A stretch of 64,000 nucleotides of DNA from an uncultured delta proteobacterium (GCA_963794325.1 CAWCDG010000002.1:384001-448000), one strand, 5' to 3'; shown: positions 9,077 to 19,770, numbered from the stretch's first letter. Notes: a model not told the origin generated them from the sequence alone. Numbers and translations: made by a program.

Positions 9077-11338
9077 TTAACGAGCCGGGCCGTTTAGATC
9101 GGCATCGTGCATCGCCTTGTGAATCGCGCCGAGCAAGACGGCTTTCTTCACAGGTTTGGCGATATGCGCGTCGCATCCGGCGTCGATTGCTTTGCTCAGT
9201 GCCTCGGCGAGGACTGACGCGGTCAACGCAAGGATCGGTATGCGCCGGCGTCCGGTCTCCCGCTCGATTGCGCGAATAGCACTGGTGGCCGAGTAGCCGT
9301 CCATGATCGGCATCTCGATATCCATCAGAACCAGATCGTAGTTGCCAGCTTTGAACATCTCGACCGCGATTGCGCCATTCTCGGCCTCGTCGACAGCGTA
9401 TGGCATCTTCTTGAAGTAGGCATTGACCAGCAGGCGATTGTCGCGGGAGTCGTCAGCTAAAAGGATTTTGAGCGGGCGCCTCTGGTTGAGAGCGTCGGCG
9501 CACGGAATTGAATCGACTACGCCGCGAGCAGTAGGTGAGGTCGGCCGCAATGAGACGCCGGTATTTCCAAGCGCTCGGTTAATCGCTTCGAACAGATCAA
9601 CATTCTTTATCGGTTTGATCATGAAAGTTCCGATGCCCACTGCGCGAGCACGCATCATGGTTTCGCCCAAATCATCAGAGGTGAGCATCAGGATGATAGG
9701 GCGGTCGCGCGGCGCCAGCGGACTGTCGCGAATCCTCGCGGCCACCTCTATCCCATCCATCGCCGGCATCCGGCAATCCAGCAGCACCGCGCAATAGGAC
9801 TCGCCGGCCGCTGCGGCGCGATCGATTTCATCCAGCGCGGCCTGGCCACTGTCGGCGCAGGTAACCAAAACGCCGCGCGCAGTGAGCGCCTGTTCAAGGA
9901 TGATACGGTTGGCGGCAGTGTCATCGACGATCAGAATACGCATGCCTGCCAGATGCGCATGCCCGGCGGCCGCGACCTCGACCTGGTGCGAGTGAGTCCC
10001 GAACTCGGCAGTGAAGCTGAAGGTACTGCCCTTGCCGACTTCACTGGTGACGGTTATCTCGCCCCGATACAACTCGACCAGCCGTTTAACGATCGTGAGA
10101 CCGAGCCCGGTGCCACCGTATTTACGCGTCGTCGACGAGTCGGCCTGGGTAAAGGCGCTGAAGATCGACTTCCTTTTGTCAGACGAGATTCCAATGCCGG
10201 TGTCAGTGACCGAGAAGCGAATCAGATCGGTGCCCGATTCGGAATCCGCACGCTCGACATCCACGCTGAGCACGATTCCACCCCGGTCGGTGAATTTGAC
10301 CGCGTTGCCAAGCAGATTGGCGATCATCTGCCGCAGGCGCAGCGGATCGCCGACCAGGATGCGTGGAACTTCGGAGGCGACCTGGCTGGTGAGTTCCAGA
10401 TGCTTCTGATGCGCGCGAAGCCCCGCCGTCTCGGCGACCGCATCGATCAGATCGCGGATGTCGAAATCGACTTCTTCGAAGCTTAGCTTTCCACTTTCGA
10501 TTTTGGCGAGATCGAGGATGTCGTTGATCAGATCGAGCAAAGTGGCGCCGTTGCTGCGGACGATATCAAGGTAGTGGCGCTGCTCGACGTTCAAGTCCCC
10601 TTCGGCGAGCATGTCGGCCATGCCCAGCACCGCGTTCATCGGGGTACGAATCTCGTGTGACATGCTCGAGAGGAAGTCTGATTTCGCGCGCGAGGCCTCG
10701 AGCGCCGCTTCGCGCGCGGCGATTAGCTCACGCTGCGTCTCCTTGATCTCGCCGATATCGCGAGTGATCGTGATGCAGCACCAATGTCCGCGAAACTTCA
10801 AGTTGAGCGCGGAGATTAGCCCGGTGTAGGTACTCCCATCCTTGCGGCGGAAGGTCGCTTCCATGTTTCGGACCACGCTTGCTCGTTTGAGCTCGGCGAC
10901 CAGGCGCGCGTTCTCCTCAGGGATCGCGAATGACGTGATTTCGCGTGAGCGGTGCCCAACTACATCTTCGCGCTGGTAGCCGCTGTGCCGCGTGTACTCT
11001 TCGTTGACGTCAACGTATCTGCCGGTTTCGAGATCGAGAATCATCATGGAGTCGAGATTCTGATCGAAGAGTTGGCGAAGCGCCGACTCACTTTCTCGCA
11101 AGCTGGCCGCGGTCAGCTCACCCTCGGCTATGATTTGGTCGCGCTGCGCAACTTCCTGTTCGAGGCGAGCCTGGGCTTCGTACCGAGCGGCGACCTGCTC
11201 GGCCAACTCGGCGCGGACGGCTTCGAGTTCGCGCTCGGCGGCAAGGCGCCGGCTGATCTCATCGTCGGCGATATCGGTCTGGTGGCGTCCCATTCTGAAA
11301 CCAATACTCCTCAAAGAGGCGTTTCTATGCTCGTGCAA
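9077..11338 (-). CDS. Cytoplasmic hybrid sensor histidine kinase (PAS-HisKA-HATPase-REC-REC)
   Basis: FLSSMSHEIRTPMN, NLLGNAVKFT, DTGIGI, GGTGLGL, two receiver domains (LDCRMPAMDG, MDIEMPIMDG). Exact start uncertain. Confidence 0.92.
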   Translation of the reverse strand: MHEHRNASLRSIGFRMGRHQTDIADDEISRRLAAERELEAVRAELAEQVAARYEAQARLEQEVAQRDQIIAEGELTAASLRESESALRQLFDQNLDSMMILDLETGRYVDVNEEYTRHSGYQREDVVGHRSREITSFAIPEENARLVAELKRASVVRNMEATFRRKDGSTYTGLISALNLKFRGHWCCITITRDIGEIKETQRELIAAREAALEASRAKSDFLSSMSHEIRTPMNAVLGMADMLAEGDLNVEQRHYLDIVRSNGATLLDLINDILDLAKIESGKLSFEEVDFDIRDLIDAVAETAGLRAHQKHLELTSQVASEVPRILVGDPLRLRQMIANLLGNAVKFTDRGGIVLSVDVERADSESGTDLIRFSVTDTGIGISSDKRKSIFSAFTQADSSTTRKYGGTGLGLTIVKRLVELYRGEITVTSEVGKGSTFSFTAEFGTHSHQVEVAAAGHAHLAGMRILIVDDTAANRIILEQALTARGVLVTCADSGQAALDEIDRAAAAGESYCAVLLDCRMPAMDGIEVAARIRDSPLAPRDRPIILMLTSDDLGETMMRARAVGIGTFMIKPIKNVDLFEAINRALGNTGVSLRPTSPTARGVVDSIPCADALNQRRPLKILLADDSRDNRLLVNAYFKKMPYAVDEAENGAIAVEMFKAGNYDLVLMDIEMPIMDGYSATSAIRAIERETGRRRIPILALTASVLAEALSKAIDAGCDAHIAKPVKKAVLLGAIHKAMHDADLNGPAR

Positions 11339-11390
11339 TAGAGAACGAGCAACTGTCGTGCCTCACAATCTTGGAAGCGTCACCGGGAGG

Positions 11391-12248
11391 TCAGAGCAAC
11401 GGAAGCGACTTAGGAGGGGCAAAGCGAGCGTCAAGATGATCGGGCGATTCGCTGATAGAGCAGGGCGGCGCCTTCGTAAATCGTCGCGCCGTTTTCGGGG
11501 CTGCCGACGAACTCGGCAATCTGTTGCATCTCAGCGACCCAGCGGTACGCCTTCGGGCGCATATCAGGAATCGCGCGATCGATGCGCGCGAGAAAGCTCG
11601 GCTGAGTGCGCTCGAGTTCGGATCGAAGCGCATCAGCAAGGCCTTCGCGTTCCGCGGCGCCGAGCATCGTCGCACATAGTGCGGTGAATCCCTTGGTGAG
11701 ACCGGCGTAAGAAAGCTTCAGGCCCGAGGCGGCGCCAATCGGACCGTCGAGAAGCGCGACATCGAGACCGAAACTGGCCAGCCGGGTCAGCAGATGCGCG
11801 TCGGCGCCCGACGCGTAAAAGCGCGGACCCTTCGCCGGGTCCTGAGTGCCTGCGACCGGTGGGCCTCCGATAATTCCGGCATCGATGAAAGTGATGGGGT
11901 CGAGAATGTCGCGGATACGCCGGCAAGTCGCGGGTGAGATCGCATTGCATTCGACAAAGGCGGGCTTCGAATGCGATGCGGCTGAGCGGACCACGAAGGC
12001 GTTCTGCGACCTCTACTGCCACGCCCGGAGGGCACGATCGAGAGAACGAAGTTCGCATCGCGTACCAACGAATCGTCGTCGCTTACCGTTTCGAGGCCGG
12101 CCTCGCGAACCCGCGCGACGCTCTCGGCACTGCGGCCCGCGATAGAGGTCACTACGCGCACGCCGGATGTTCGAAGCCGGCGGCCTACTGCGGCGCCCAT
12201 CTCGCCCGCGCCAACGATCGCAACCGTGACCAAATCCCGATCACTCAT
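11391..12248 (-). pseudogene. NAD(P)-dependent oxidoreductase (6PGD/3-hydroxyisobutyrate DH-like, DUF1932-type) broken by single-base insertions; likely sequencing errors
   Basis: GAGEMG Rossmann motif; reading runs VLSIVP / PGVAVEVAERLRGPLSRI / SKPAFVECNAISP across three frames; AYRWVAEM near the C-terminus. Confidence 0.8.
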
Positions 12249-12298
12249 CGAAGTCCTCCCCTAAACAGAGACCATTGCACAACCGCTCGCCGCCTCTT

Positions 12299-12333
12299 CC
12301 CCTCTCCCATCGGGAGAGGATTTAAGGTGAGGG
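12299..12333. repeat. Palindromic intergenic repeat (CCCTCTCCC..GGGAGAGG..GGTGAGGG type)
   Basis: cctctccc atc gggagagg hairpin followed by ggtgaggg. Confidence 0.55.
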
Positions 12334-12450
12334 ACCTTGTACAGCGAGCGCTTCGCACGCGATTCAAGATTCTGCCTCCGGATTGACGATGCAGAGAGCC
12401 TCGCATGCGTCGTGGTTGGGGGTGCGTCGGCCCGGCGTTCAAAAAAACCG

Positions 12451-12505
12451 GGATTCTTTGCTTCGCTCAGAATGACACAAGGAAGGTTCGCTCGAGAATG
12501 ACACA
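12451..12505. repeat. Half copy of the GTCATTCTGAGC../..GCTCAGAATGAC palindromic repeat family, with partial tandem duplication
   Basis: gattctttgcttcgctcagaatgaca then ttcgctcgagaatgacac; same family as 61289-61396. Confidence 0.6.
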
Positions 12506-12511
12506 GGAGTT

Positions 12512-13651
12512 TCAGTAGCGGTTCAGGCGGGCCAGGCGGTCGGCGTGGAAATTTGGGTCGCCGAAGAGTTCCTGGCAGACGCGGACTCGCTTCATGAAGA
12601 GGCCGATGTCGAACTCGTCGGTCATTCCGATGCCGCCATGCATCTGCACGGCTTCATTCACGGCGAGCGTCGCACTCAGACCGGCGCGGGCCTTTGCCAC
12701 CGAGACGATCGCACCACTGCGGTCACTGGAATCGTCGAGGGACTGCAGCGCCTTGAGCACAGCTGCGCGGGTGACTTCGAGCTCGCAGTAGAGATGCGCC
12801 GCGCGATGCTGCAACGCCTGAAATTCGCCGATCGCCTTGCCGAATTGTTTGCGTTCCTTCAGGTATGCGACGGTGCGGCCGAAACTCTCTTCGCTGGCGC
12901 CGACCATCTCGGCCGCAACCGCGGCGCGGCCTACATTAAGCACGCCCTCGAGCACGCCCCAGCCCGCATCGATCTTGCCGAGCAGGTTGTCGGCACTGAC
13001 CTTCACGTCGTCGAAAGTGATTCGCGCGGCGTTGTGAGTATCTACGGCTGAGGTGCGCTCAGCGCGAACTCCGGGCGCGTTTGCGTCCACAATGAACAGC
13101 GTGATTCCGTTGGTATCGCCCGCTTTGCCTGAGGTGCGCGCGGCCACGATCAGAAGATTCGCGACGTGGCCGTCGATCACATAAGTCTTGGCGCCGCTCA
13201 GCTTGAAGCCGTTGCCGGTGCGAGACGCAGGCATCGCGATTTTTTCCGGATGATGCTTCGCGGTTTCGTCGACCGCCAATGTGGCAATCAATTCACCGGC
13301 CACAATTTTCGGCAGATAGTTTTCTTTCTGTTTGTCGTTACCGCCGCGCGCGATCGCGGTCGCGGCCAAAACTGCGGTCGAGAGAAAAGGGGAGGGCGTC
13401 AGCGTGCGGCCCAGCTCCTCCATAACGACCCCGGCCTCGACGTGTCCGAGTCCGAGGCCGCCGTAATCTTGCGGTACCAGGATTCCCGCCCAGCCCATAT
13501 CCACGAAGTTCTTCCAGAGCGCGCGCGAGAATCCGTCGGCGTCGCGATTGTCTCGCAGCGCGCGCAGATGAGCGATCGGCGCATTCTTCGCCAGGAAGCC
13601 GCGCGCATTGTCGCGCAGCATCGTCTGTTCGTCGTTCAGTAATAACGCCAT
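12512..13651 (-). CDS. Acyl-CoA dehydrogenase (PimD-like subunit)
   Basis: MALLLNDEQTMLRD start; YGGLGLG, RKQFGKAIGEFQALQH, QMHGGIGMT. Confidence 0.9.
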   Translation of the reverse strand: MALLLNDEQTMLRDNARGFLAKNAPIAHLRALRDNRDADGFSRALWKNFVDMGWAGILVPQDYGGLGLGHVEAGVVMEELGRTLTPSPFLSTAVLAATAIARGGNDKQKENYLPKIVAGELIATLAVDETAKHHPEKIAMPASRTGNGFKLSGAKTYVIDGHVANLLIVAARTSGKAGDTNGITLFIVDANAPGVRAERTSAVDTHNAARITFDDVKVSADNLLGKIDAGWGVLEGVLNVGRAAVAAEMVGASEESFGRTVAYLKERKQFGKAIGEFQALQHRAAHLYCELEVTRAAVLKALQSLDDSSDRSGAIVSVAKARAGLSATLAVNEAVQMHGGIGMTDEFDIGLFMKRVRVCQELFGDPNFHADRLARLNRY

Positions 13652-13656
13652 CGCGG

Positions 13657-14838
13657 CTACGCACCCGGCAAGCCGAGGATGCGCTTGGCGATAATGTTGA
13701 GTTGAACCTCGCTGGTCCCGCCCTCGATCGAGTTCGCCTTGGAACGCAGCCATGCGCGGGCGGTGCGGCCCTCACGCGAGCGCTCGCCTTCCCATTCCAG
13801 CGCGTCAGTGCCGCCCGCCGACATCACCAGTTCCATCCGGCGCTTGTTGAGTTCGGTGCCGTAGTATTTCAGCAGTGACGAGACTGCCGGATGAGCCTGC
13901 CCGGCTTTGGCCATGTCGCCGGCGCGATCCATCGTGAGTCGAAAAGCGAGCGCGTCGATTTCGAACGCGGCTATCTGGCTGCGCAGGACGGTGTCCGCGA
14001 GCATCCCGTTTTCGGTGCCGACGGTGTCAGTCGCAATCTGCCCCAGCGATCGATTTTCCGACGTGCTGCCCATCCCGCCTATCATGTCGCGCTCGTGAGT
14101 CAGCAGATATTTCGCGATGTCCCATCCCTTGTTGAGTTTGCCGACGAGGTTCGCCTTGGGCACGAGTACGTCGTCGAAGAATGTCTGGCAGAAGGGCGAT
14201 GCGCCCGAGATCAAAGTGATTGGCTTGGTCGATACGCCGGCGCTCTCCATGTCGAACAGGACGAAGCTGATGCCCTCGTGCTTCGGCGCGTTGGGGTCGG
14301 TGCGCACCAGGCAGAAAATCCAGTCGGCCCTGTCCGCATATGAGGTCCAGATCTTCGAGCCGTTGACCAGGAAGTTGTCGCCCTTGTCCTCGGCACGGGT
14401 CTGCAGCGAGGCGAGATCGGAACCTGAGCCGGGTTCCGAGTAACCCTGGCACCATCGAATCTTGCCGTGTGCGATTTTCGGCAGATGCTCCCGCTTCTGT
14501 TCCTCGGAGCCGTACTTCAACAGCGCGGGCCCGAGCATCCAGATGCCGAAACTGTCGAGCGGCGAGCGGCAATTGAGTGCGCGCATTTCCTGCCGCAGGA
14601 TTTTTGCCTCGTCGCGCGAGAGTCCGCCGCCACCGTACTCGCGCGGCCACTCCGGCACGGTCCAGCCCTTCTCCGCCATGCGCTCGAGCCAGGTTCGCTG
14701 AGCGTCGGATTGAAATTTCCAATGCCGCCCGCCCCAGCAGGTGTCCTCTTCAGTTTGCGTCGGGCGGCGCATTTCAGAAGGGCAGTTGGCCTCGAGCCAT
14801 GCGCGGGTGTCTTTTCGGAACGTTTCAAGATTTTCCAT
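13657..14838 (-). CDS. Acyl-CoA dehydrogenase (PimC-like subunit)
   Basis: WPREYGGGG, WCQGYSEPGSGSDLASL, NGSKIWTS, SIEGGTSEVQLNII. Confidence 0.92.
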   Translation of the reverse strand: MENLETFRKDTRAWLEANCPSEMRRPTQTEEDTCWGGRHWKFQSDAQRTWLERMAEKGWTVPEWPREYGGGGLSRDEAKILRQEMRALNCRSPLDSFGIWMLGPALLKYGSEEQKREHLPKIAHGKIRWCQGYSEPGSGSDLASLQTRAEDKGDNFLVNGSKIWTSYADRADWIFCLVRTDPNAPKHEGISFVLFDMESAGVSTKPITLISGASPFCQTFFDDVLVPKANLVGKLNKGWDIAKYLLTHERDMIGGMGSTSENRSLGQIATDTVGTENGMLADTVLRSQIAAFEIDALAFRLTMDRAGDMAKAGQAHPAVSSLLKYYGTELNKRRMELVMSAGGTDALEWEGERSREGRTARAWLRSKANSIEGGTSEVQLNIIAKRILGLPGA

Positions 14839-15013
14839 AGTTGAATCTCGTGTTAATAGGTCTGTCCGCACGATTCAAGGTTTCGACGTTCATCAGTTCG
14901 ATCGTGATCCTTCCACCAAGACCGTCATTGCGCCTAAACCGAATAGAATGCATGAGAGCGAGCGTATGCGACGACGTCGCGATGCCATCCTCCATTCCCG
15001 ACGACACCTCATC

Positions 15014-15043
15014 ATCACCCATAATTTTATCACCCATAATTTT
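15014..15043. repeat. Perfect 15-bp tandem duplication ATCACCCATAATTTT x2
   Basis: Copies at 15014-15028 and 15029-15043 in an AT-rich divergent intergenic region. Confidence 0.8.
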
Positions 15044-15200
15044 CCGTGCTATTTTGAGCATGGTTTTAGTTAGCACCGGCGATTTCCTTGTCTTTAGGTG
15101 GGCGTAATGATACTAACTCGCTACCTTACAACTTTGTGCCCGCGATAAGCTTTATCGTCAGCCTAAAGTTTTAAGTCCGCAGGGTGGGGAGTAATCACAT

Positions 15201-18200
15201 ATGACTGTTCGTAATTCCGGCGTAGCGCCGCGCGCGCGGTACAGGACTGCAGCGGTATCGATTGGGGTCGTGTTTGTAATGGCAATCGTGGTCCTGACCT
15301 TGGGATCGCGAATGGGCGCCGCGGTGTCAACCGCATCGGCGGCCCTGCCCGGGGCGAGTTCCGGCTCGGCGACATCCAACGTGGCCAGTCCGGCAAACAA
15401 GGCTGAAGCGATTGCAAAAGCCAAGGGCATGATCGCCTCGATGCCGACGTACTTCGAGCGCAACCAGGGTCAGACCGATCCGAGCGTCAAGTACCTGTCG
15501 CGATCGGGACGCTACTCGATGTTCCTGACCGGCGATGCGACGACGGTTATCTCGATGGTCGGCGGTCAGATTCACAAAGGGCCGGCCTTCGCGATGTCGA
15601 ATCCGCCGGCCAAGCCCGATGAAGATCGGCTGGTCGAGTCCGACGTGCGAATCCGCCTGGTCGGCGCCAATACTCATCCAGCGGTGGCGGGATTGGAACC
15701 GCTGCCGGGTCGCGTGAACTATCTTATCGGCGACGTCAAGTCGAAGTGGCACACCAACATCCCGACTTTCTCGCGCGTGAAATTTTCGGGCGTCTATCCG
15801 GGCGTGGACGTGGTCCATTACGGCATCGGCGATTCGCTCGAATATGACATCGTGGCGGCGCCGGGCGCTGATACTTCAAAGATCAAACTCGCAGTCGAAG
15901 GCAACGCCACGACTGCGATCGACAAGGACGGGAATCTGCAGATCATAACGGCGGCGGGCGTCGTCGTGATGCACAAGCCGATCGTCTATCAGCAGAGTGC
16001 TGACGGTAGCCGGACGCCGGTTGGCGGCGGGTTCGTGTTGGCCAAAGACGGCACCATCGAAAATAGAATTCAGCGGCGCGATGTGAGCTTCCAGCTTGCC
16101 GCCTACGACCATTCACGCGAACTAGTAATCGACCCGGTCGCCTCGATTCTGGTTTACTCGACCTACCTCGGCGGAACTGCGTCGAGCAGAGGTCCCGTGA
16201 ACCTCGAGCAGTTCGGGGGAGTCACCGGCGGCACCGCACTCACGGTGGCCGACCTCGGTTTGGACGTGGCGCTGGATTCCGCGAACAATGCCTACGTTAC
16301 GGGTATCGCGTATTCGAAGAATTTTCCGACTACTGCCGGCGCGTTCCAGACGACGTTGAAGGGTGCGAACGCGCAGCCAAATACCAATCCGAACGCGTTC
16401 GTCGCCAAATTTAATTACTCGTCGGCCTCCAACGCCGCGTCGTTGGTCTATTCGACCTATCTCGGTGGTGCGGGCGATCAGGTCCCAGGGGACGCGGGTA
16501 ACGGCGATGGCGATCTCGGATTTGGAGTCGCGGTGGACGCGGGAAACCAGGCATTCGTGGTCGGTCAGACCTATTCGTCAGGTACCGATACAACGACAGG
16601 TTTCCCGGGGACGCATTTGTGCGGAGCGTTTGGGCAGACCAACGACCAGGGCGCTGCCTCCACCAACGTGGGATTTGTCTCCAAGCTGAATTCCACCGGC
16701 TCCGACGTCATCTGGTCCTGCTACATCGACGGTTCAGACAACGCGACTGAGTCGCGCGTGGCGCTGTACCCCGTAGGATGCGGAGCCACGGTCGGAACGC
16801 AATGCAAAGCATATATGTCGGGCTCGACCCAGAGCACGATCGCCCAGGGCTTCCCTGGTACTGCGAACCGGTTCCAGATGGACCTGCGGGCAACCAGTGG
16901 AAAGAGCAATGCGACCTTTATCGTGGTGCATGAAGACGGACAGTCGCTCGATTACGCTACTCAGTACGGTGGTACCGGCAATGGCACGAACGCCGATGCG
17001 GGCGTTGCGGTTGCGGTTGACTCCAACGGCGACGGCTACATAACCGGCGCGACGTTCTCCACCGATCTGACGTTGGCAAATGCGGCGTTCAGCACCTACG
17101 AGGGCGGCGGAAACAGTCCGAAGACCAGTAACGCCTTTGTCGCTCAATTCAACCCGAACCAGGCCGGCTCGGTGCCGAATACCGCTTCGCTGATCTACGC
17201 GACGTACCTCGGCGGCCACGGTGCGAGCGGCACGGTCAACATCACGTTCCCGGTATCGAAGTCGATTACCCTGACGGTCGGCGACCTCGGAACCGGAATC
17301 CTGGTAGATTCCAGTTTCGATATCTGGGTGACCGGCCTTACCGCCTCCACTGATTTTCAGAAGATACCCGGCAACGTGGGGACTTCTTTCCAATCTCACA
17401 ACGAGGCTGGAAGCCGGACCGACTGCACTCCCAACACGGCCAATCCGCCGGCCACCGCCGCTTTCGTCATGCAGCTCGACCCGGTTCATCAAACCACTTC
17501 GAACCAGGTTCGTTATTCCACATATTTCGGCGGATGCGGAATCCAGGTGGCTGCGCCGATGGGATTCGGGACCGGGTCGATCGGATTCGGTGACGCCGCT
17601 ACCGGCATCGCCGCGGTCGGCAGCAAGATCTACCTCACCGGCGCGACCACCAGCGGCACCCTTGCGGGACATGATTTCCCGCTCAGCGCTAATGCGCTCG
17701 CCTGCAACAGCGCCGGGGGGTATCGCCTCGATGACAACCAGAGCGCCGGATTCAGCTTCGGCGGTGGCCTGATCGACATTCCAATCGTGGCGTTTGCCAG
17801 TGAGCTCGACACCTCGCAAGCGATGGCCTCAAATGAGCTGGTCTTTTCGACGCTGCTCGGCGGGACCGGTACGGCGGATCTCGGCGGAGGCATCGCGGTC
17901 GATTCGAATGGAAATCTGGTGGTCGCGGGACTTACCTATTCGACCGATTTCCCAATCACGCCGAACGCGTTCCAGTTCGCGAATAAAGGCAACAAGAACA
18001 GTTCGACCAACGCGTTCCTGACAGTGCTCGATCCGACCGGGTCCAGCTGTCCGACGCCGTTCCCGACGCCGACCGCGACCGCGACTGCGACCGGCGCGAC
18101 AGCGACCGCGACGCCGACCGCTACGGCGACCGCGACCAATACCGCGACTGCGACCGCGACAGGTACGACTGGTGCGACGGCGACCGCAACCGCGACCAGG

Positions 18201-18770
18201 ACCGCGACCGCGACCGCGACGGCGACCAGGACCGCCACCGCAACTGCAACTTCGACCTCAACTGGATCGTCTACTGCAACCGCGACCGCGACGGCCACCA
18301 GGACTGCTACGGCGACGGCGACTTCGACATCAACCGGTTCATCAACGCCGACTGCGACCGCAACCAGGACTGCGACCGCTACTGCGACCGCAACCGCTAC
18401 CGCAACGGCGACTCAGACCGCGACTCCCACCGCGACCGCGACCGCGGGAACCGGACACATAAAGGTGATACCGAAGAAGAAGCTGAACCTGAAAGCGTTG
18501 CCGAGCGCGATGGCCACGCGCACTATCACCATCGACAATACGGGTACTGGCCCGCTGACCGCTAATGTCAGTCCCACGTCGCTTAATCCTCCGTTCTCGG
18601 AGACGGGCGCGGCAGCCGGGATTGTTATCCCCGCGATGAGCTCTCATGAGGTGATAGTCACCTACTCGCCGACGAAGAAGGGAAAGTCGAAGACCTCGGT
18701 CACTATCACGAGCAACGATCCCAAGCATAAGAAGGCGATCAAAATATTGATACAAGGCACGGCGAAATAG
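15201..18770 (+). CDS. Large exported SBBP-repeat beta-propeller protein with Thr/Ala linker and C-terminal Ig-like domain
   Basis: Signal/TM segment, FERNQGQTD, VYPGVDVVHYG..LEYD, LVIDP, repeated LVYSTYLGG / GxTxSxDFP units, about 130 aa (TA)n tract, TITIDNTGTGPL..ITSNDP domain. Confidence 0.85.
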   Translation: MTVRNSGVAPRARYRTAAVSIGVVFVMAIVVLTLGSRMGAAVSTASAALPGASSGSATSNVASPANKAEAIAKAKGMIASMPTYFERNQGQTDPSVKYLSRSGRYSMFLTGDATTVISMVGGQIHKGPAFAMSNPPAKPDEDRLVESDVRIRLVGANTHPAVAGLEPLPGRVNYLIGDVKSKWHTNIPTFSRVKFSGVYPGVDVVHYGIGDSLEYDIVAAPGADTSKIKLAVEGNATTAIDKDGNLQIITAAGVVVMHKPIVYQQSADGSRTPVGGGFVLAKDGTIENRIQRRDVSFQLAAYDHSRELVIDPVASILVYSTYLGGTASSRGPVNLEQFGGVTGGTALTVADLGLDVALDSANNAYVTGIAYSKNFPTTAGAFQTTLKGANAQPNTNPNAFVAKFNYSSASNAASLVYSTYLGGAGDQVPGDAGNGDGDLGFGVAVDAGNQAFVVGQTYSSGTDTTTGFPGTHLCGAFGQTNDQGAASTNVGFVSKLNSTGSDVIWSCYIDGSDNATESRVALYPVGCGATVGTQCKAYMSGSTQSTIAQGFPGTANRFQMDLRATSGKSNATFIVVHEDGQSLDYATQYGGTGNGTNADAGVAVAVDSNGDGYITGATFSTDLTLANAAFSTYEGGGNSPKTSNAFVAQFNPNQAGSVPNTASLIYATYLGGHGASGTVNITFPVSKSITLTVGDLGTGILVDSSFDIWVTGLTASTDFQKIPGNVGTSFQSHNEAGSRTDCTPNTANPPATAAFVMQLDPVHQTTSNQVRYSTYFGGCGIQVAAPMGFGTGSIGFGDAATGIAAVGSKIYLTGATTSGTLAGHDFPLSANALACNSAGGYRLDDNQSAGFSFGGGLIDIPIVAFASELDTSQAMASNELVFSTLLGGTGTADLGGGIAVDSNGNLVVAGLTYSTDFPITPNAFQFANKGNKNSSTNAFLTVLDPTGSSCPTPFPTPTATATATGATATATPTATATATNTATATATGTTGATATATATRTATATATATRTATATATSTSTGSSTATATATATRTATATATSTSTGSSTPTATATRTATATATATATATATQTATPTATATAGTGHIKVIPKKKLNLKALPSAMATRTITIDNTGTGPLTANVSPTSLNPPFSETGAAAGIVIPAMSSHEVIVTYSPTKKGKSKTSVTITSNDPKHKKAIKILIQGTAK
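18051..18446 (+). repeat. Coding low-complexity (ACCGCG)n-like repeat encoding the TATATA linker
   Basis: Degenerate hexamer array read as Thr-Ala. Confidence 0.85.
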
Positions 18771-18799
18771 ACGAGTAGGTCTCGACAGACGCGCGTAAT

Positions 18800-18831
18800 A
18801 AAGCGGCGAGCCTTAGGGCTCGCCGCTTTTT
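18800..18831. terminator. Intrinsic terminator, probably bidirectional
   Basis: aaagcggcgagcc-ttag-ggctcgccgcttttt between convergent genes. Confidence 0.85.
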
Positions 18832-18889
18832 CATTCAGAATACAGCGGTCCGCGCGCGACAACGGAGCCCGGCCATAATACTGAAAAAA

Positions 18890-19696
18890 TCAAATCACAA
18901 TCCCACGATGCGCCCGCACGCTAAGTGAGTATCGTTCCCGCGCTCGGCTAAGCCGCACCGGCGCCGCGAACGCGCTCGACAGCATCGCCGACGTCAGCAC
19001 CTGCGCACGCGGTCCGGCCGCGAGCACGCGACCCGACTTCAGCACCAGCACATGTGAGAATATCGGTACGACTTCTTCGACATGGTGGGTGACCAGTACC
19101 ATTGTCGGCGCTCCTCGAGCACGGGCGATGCGCTGCAAAAATTGCAGGAAATGCTCGCGTGCGACCGGGTCGAGCCCCGCGCACGGCTCGTCGAGGATCA
19201 TCAACCTCGGCGATGCCATCAGCGCTCGTCCTATCAGCACGCGCTGGCGCTCGCCTTGCGATAGATATCGCCACGGACGATCGCGCAGGTCGCGCGCCTC
19301 GATACGACGCAATATTGCGTCGGCGGCGCGCCGATCCTCGGCGCGCATTTCACCCCAATAGCCGATTTGCGCATAGCGTCCGCTGACGATGGCTTTGAGA
19401 GCGGTCTCGCTGTCGTCCATCATCTGATGCACGCTCGAGCTGACCAGCCCAATTCGCGTCCTCAGCTCGCGCCAATCAAATCTCCCGTAAGTCTCACCAA
19501 GCACGCGAATCTCGCCCGCGGTCGGCGGCAGATATCCGGTCAGCGCCCGCAACAGCGAAGTCTTCCCTGACCCGTTGGCTCCAAGAATCGCCCAATGCTC
19601 GCCGCGCGCAACCCGCCAATCAACCGACTCAAGAATCACAGCCTCCCGCTCAACCCGCAGCGAACTCACTTCAATCACAGGCACACTAGATTTCAT
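18890..19696 (-). CDS. ABC transporter ATP-binding protein (ModF/YlmA-like)
   Basis: GANGSGKT, LSQGERQR, ILDEPCAGLD, VTHHVEE. Confidence 0.9.
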   Translation of the reverse strand: MKSSVPVIEVSSLRVEREAVILESVDWRVARGEHWAILGANGSGKTSLLRALTGYLPPTAGEIRVLGETYGRFDWRELRTRIGLVSSSVHQMMDDSETALKAIVSGRYAQIGYWGEMRAEDRRAADAILRRIEARDLRDRPWRYLSQGERQRVLIGRALMASPRLMILDEPCAGLDPVAREHFLQFLQRIARARGAPTMVLVTHHVEEVVPIFSHVLVLKSGRVLAAGPRAQVLTSAMLSSAFAAPVRLSRARERYSLSVRAHRGIVI

Positions 19697-19748
19697 CGTG
19701 CGCAAACTTTTAACAGCCCGCCTTGTCTGAATGCGAGCCTCCAGATTC

Positions 19749-19770
19749 GTAGGACGGAATTTATTCCGTC
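19749..19770 (+). repeat. REP-like element GTAG-GACGGAAT-TT-ATTCCGTC
   Basis: Identical 22-mer at 45740-45761; GTAG foot plus hairpin. Confidence 0.8.

Noticed and set aside
18051-18446. Possible CRISPR or non-coding tandem array
   Set aside because: In-frame Thr/Ala coding repeat without spacers; no cas genes or repeat-spacer array seen in the window.
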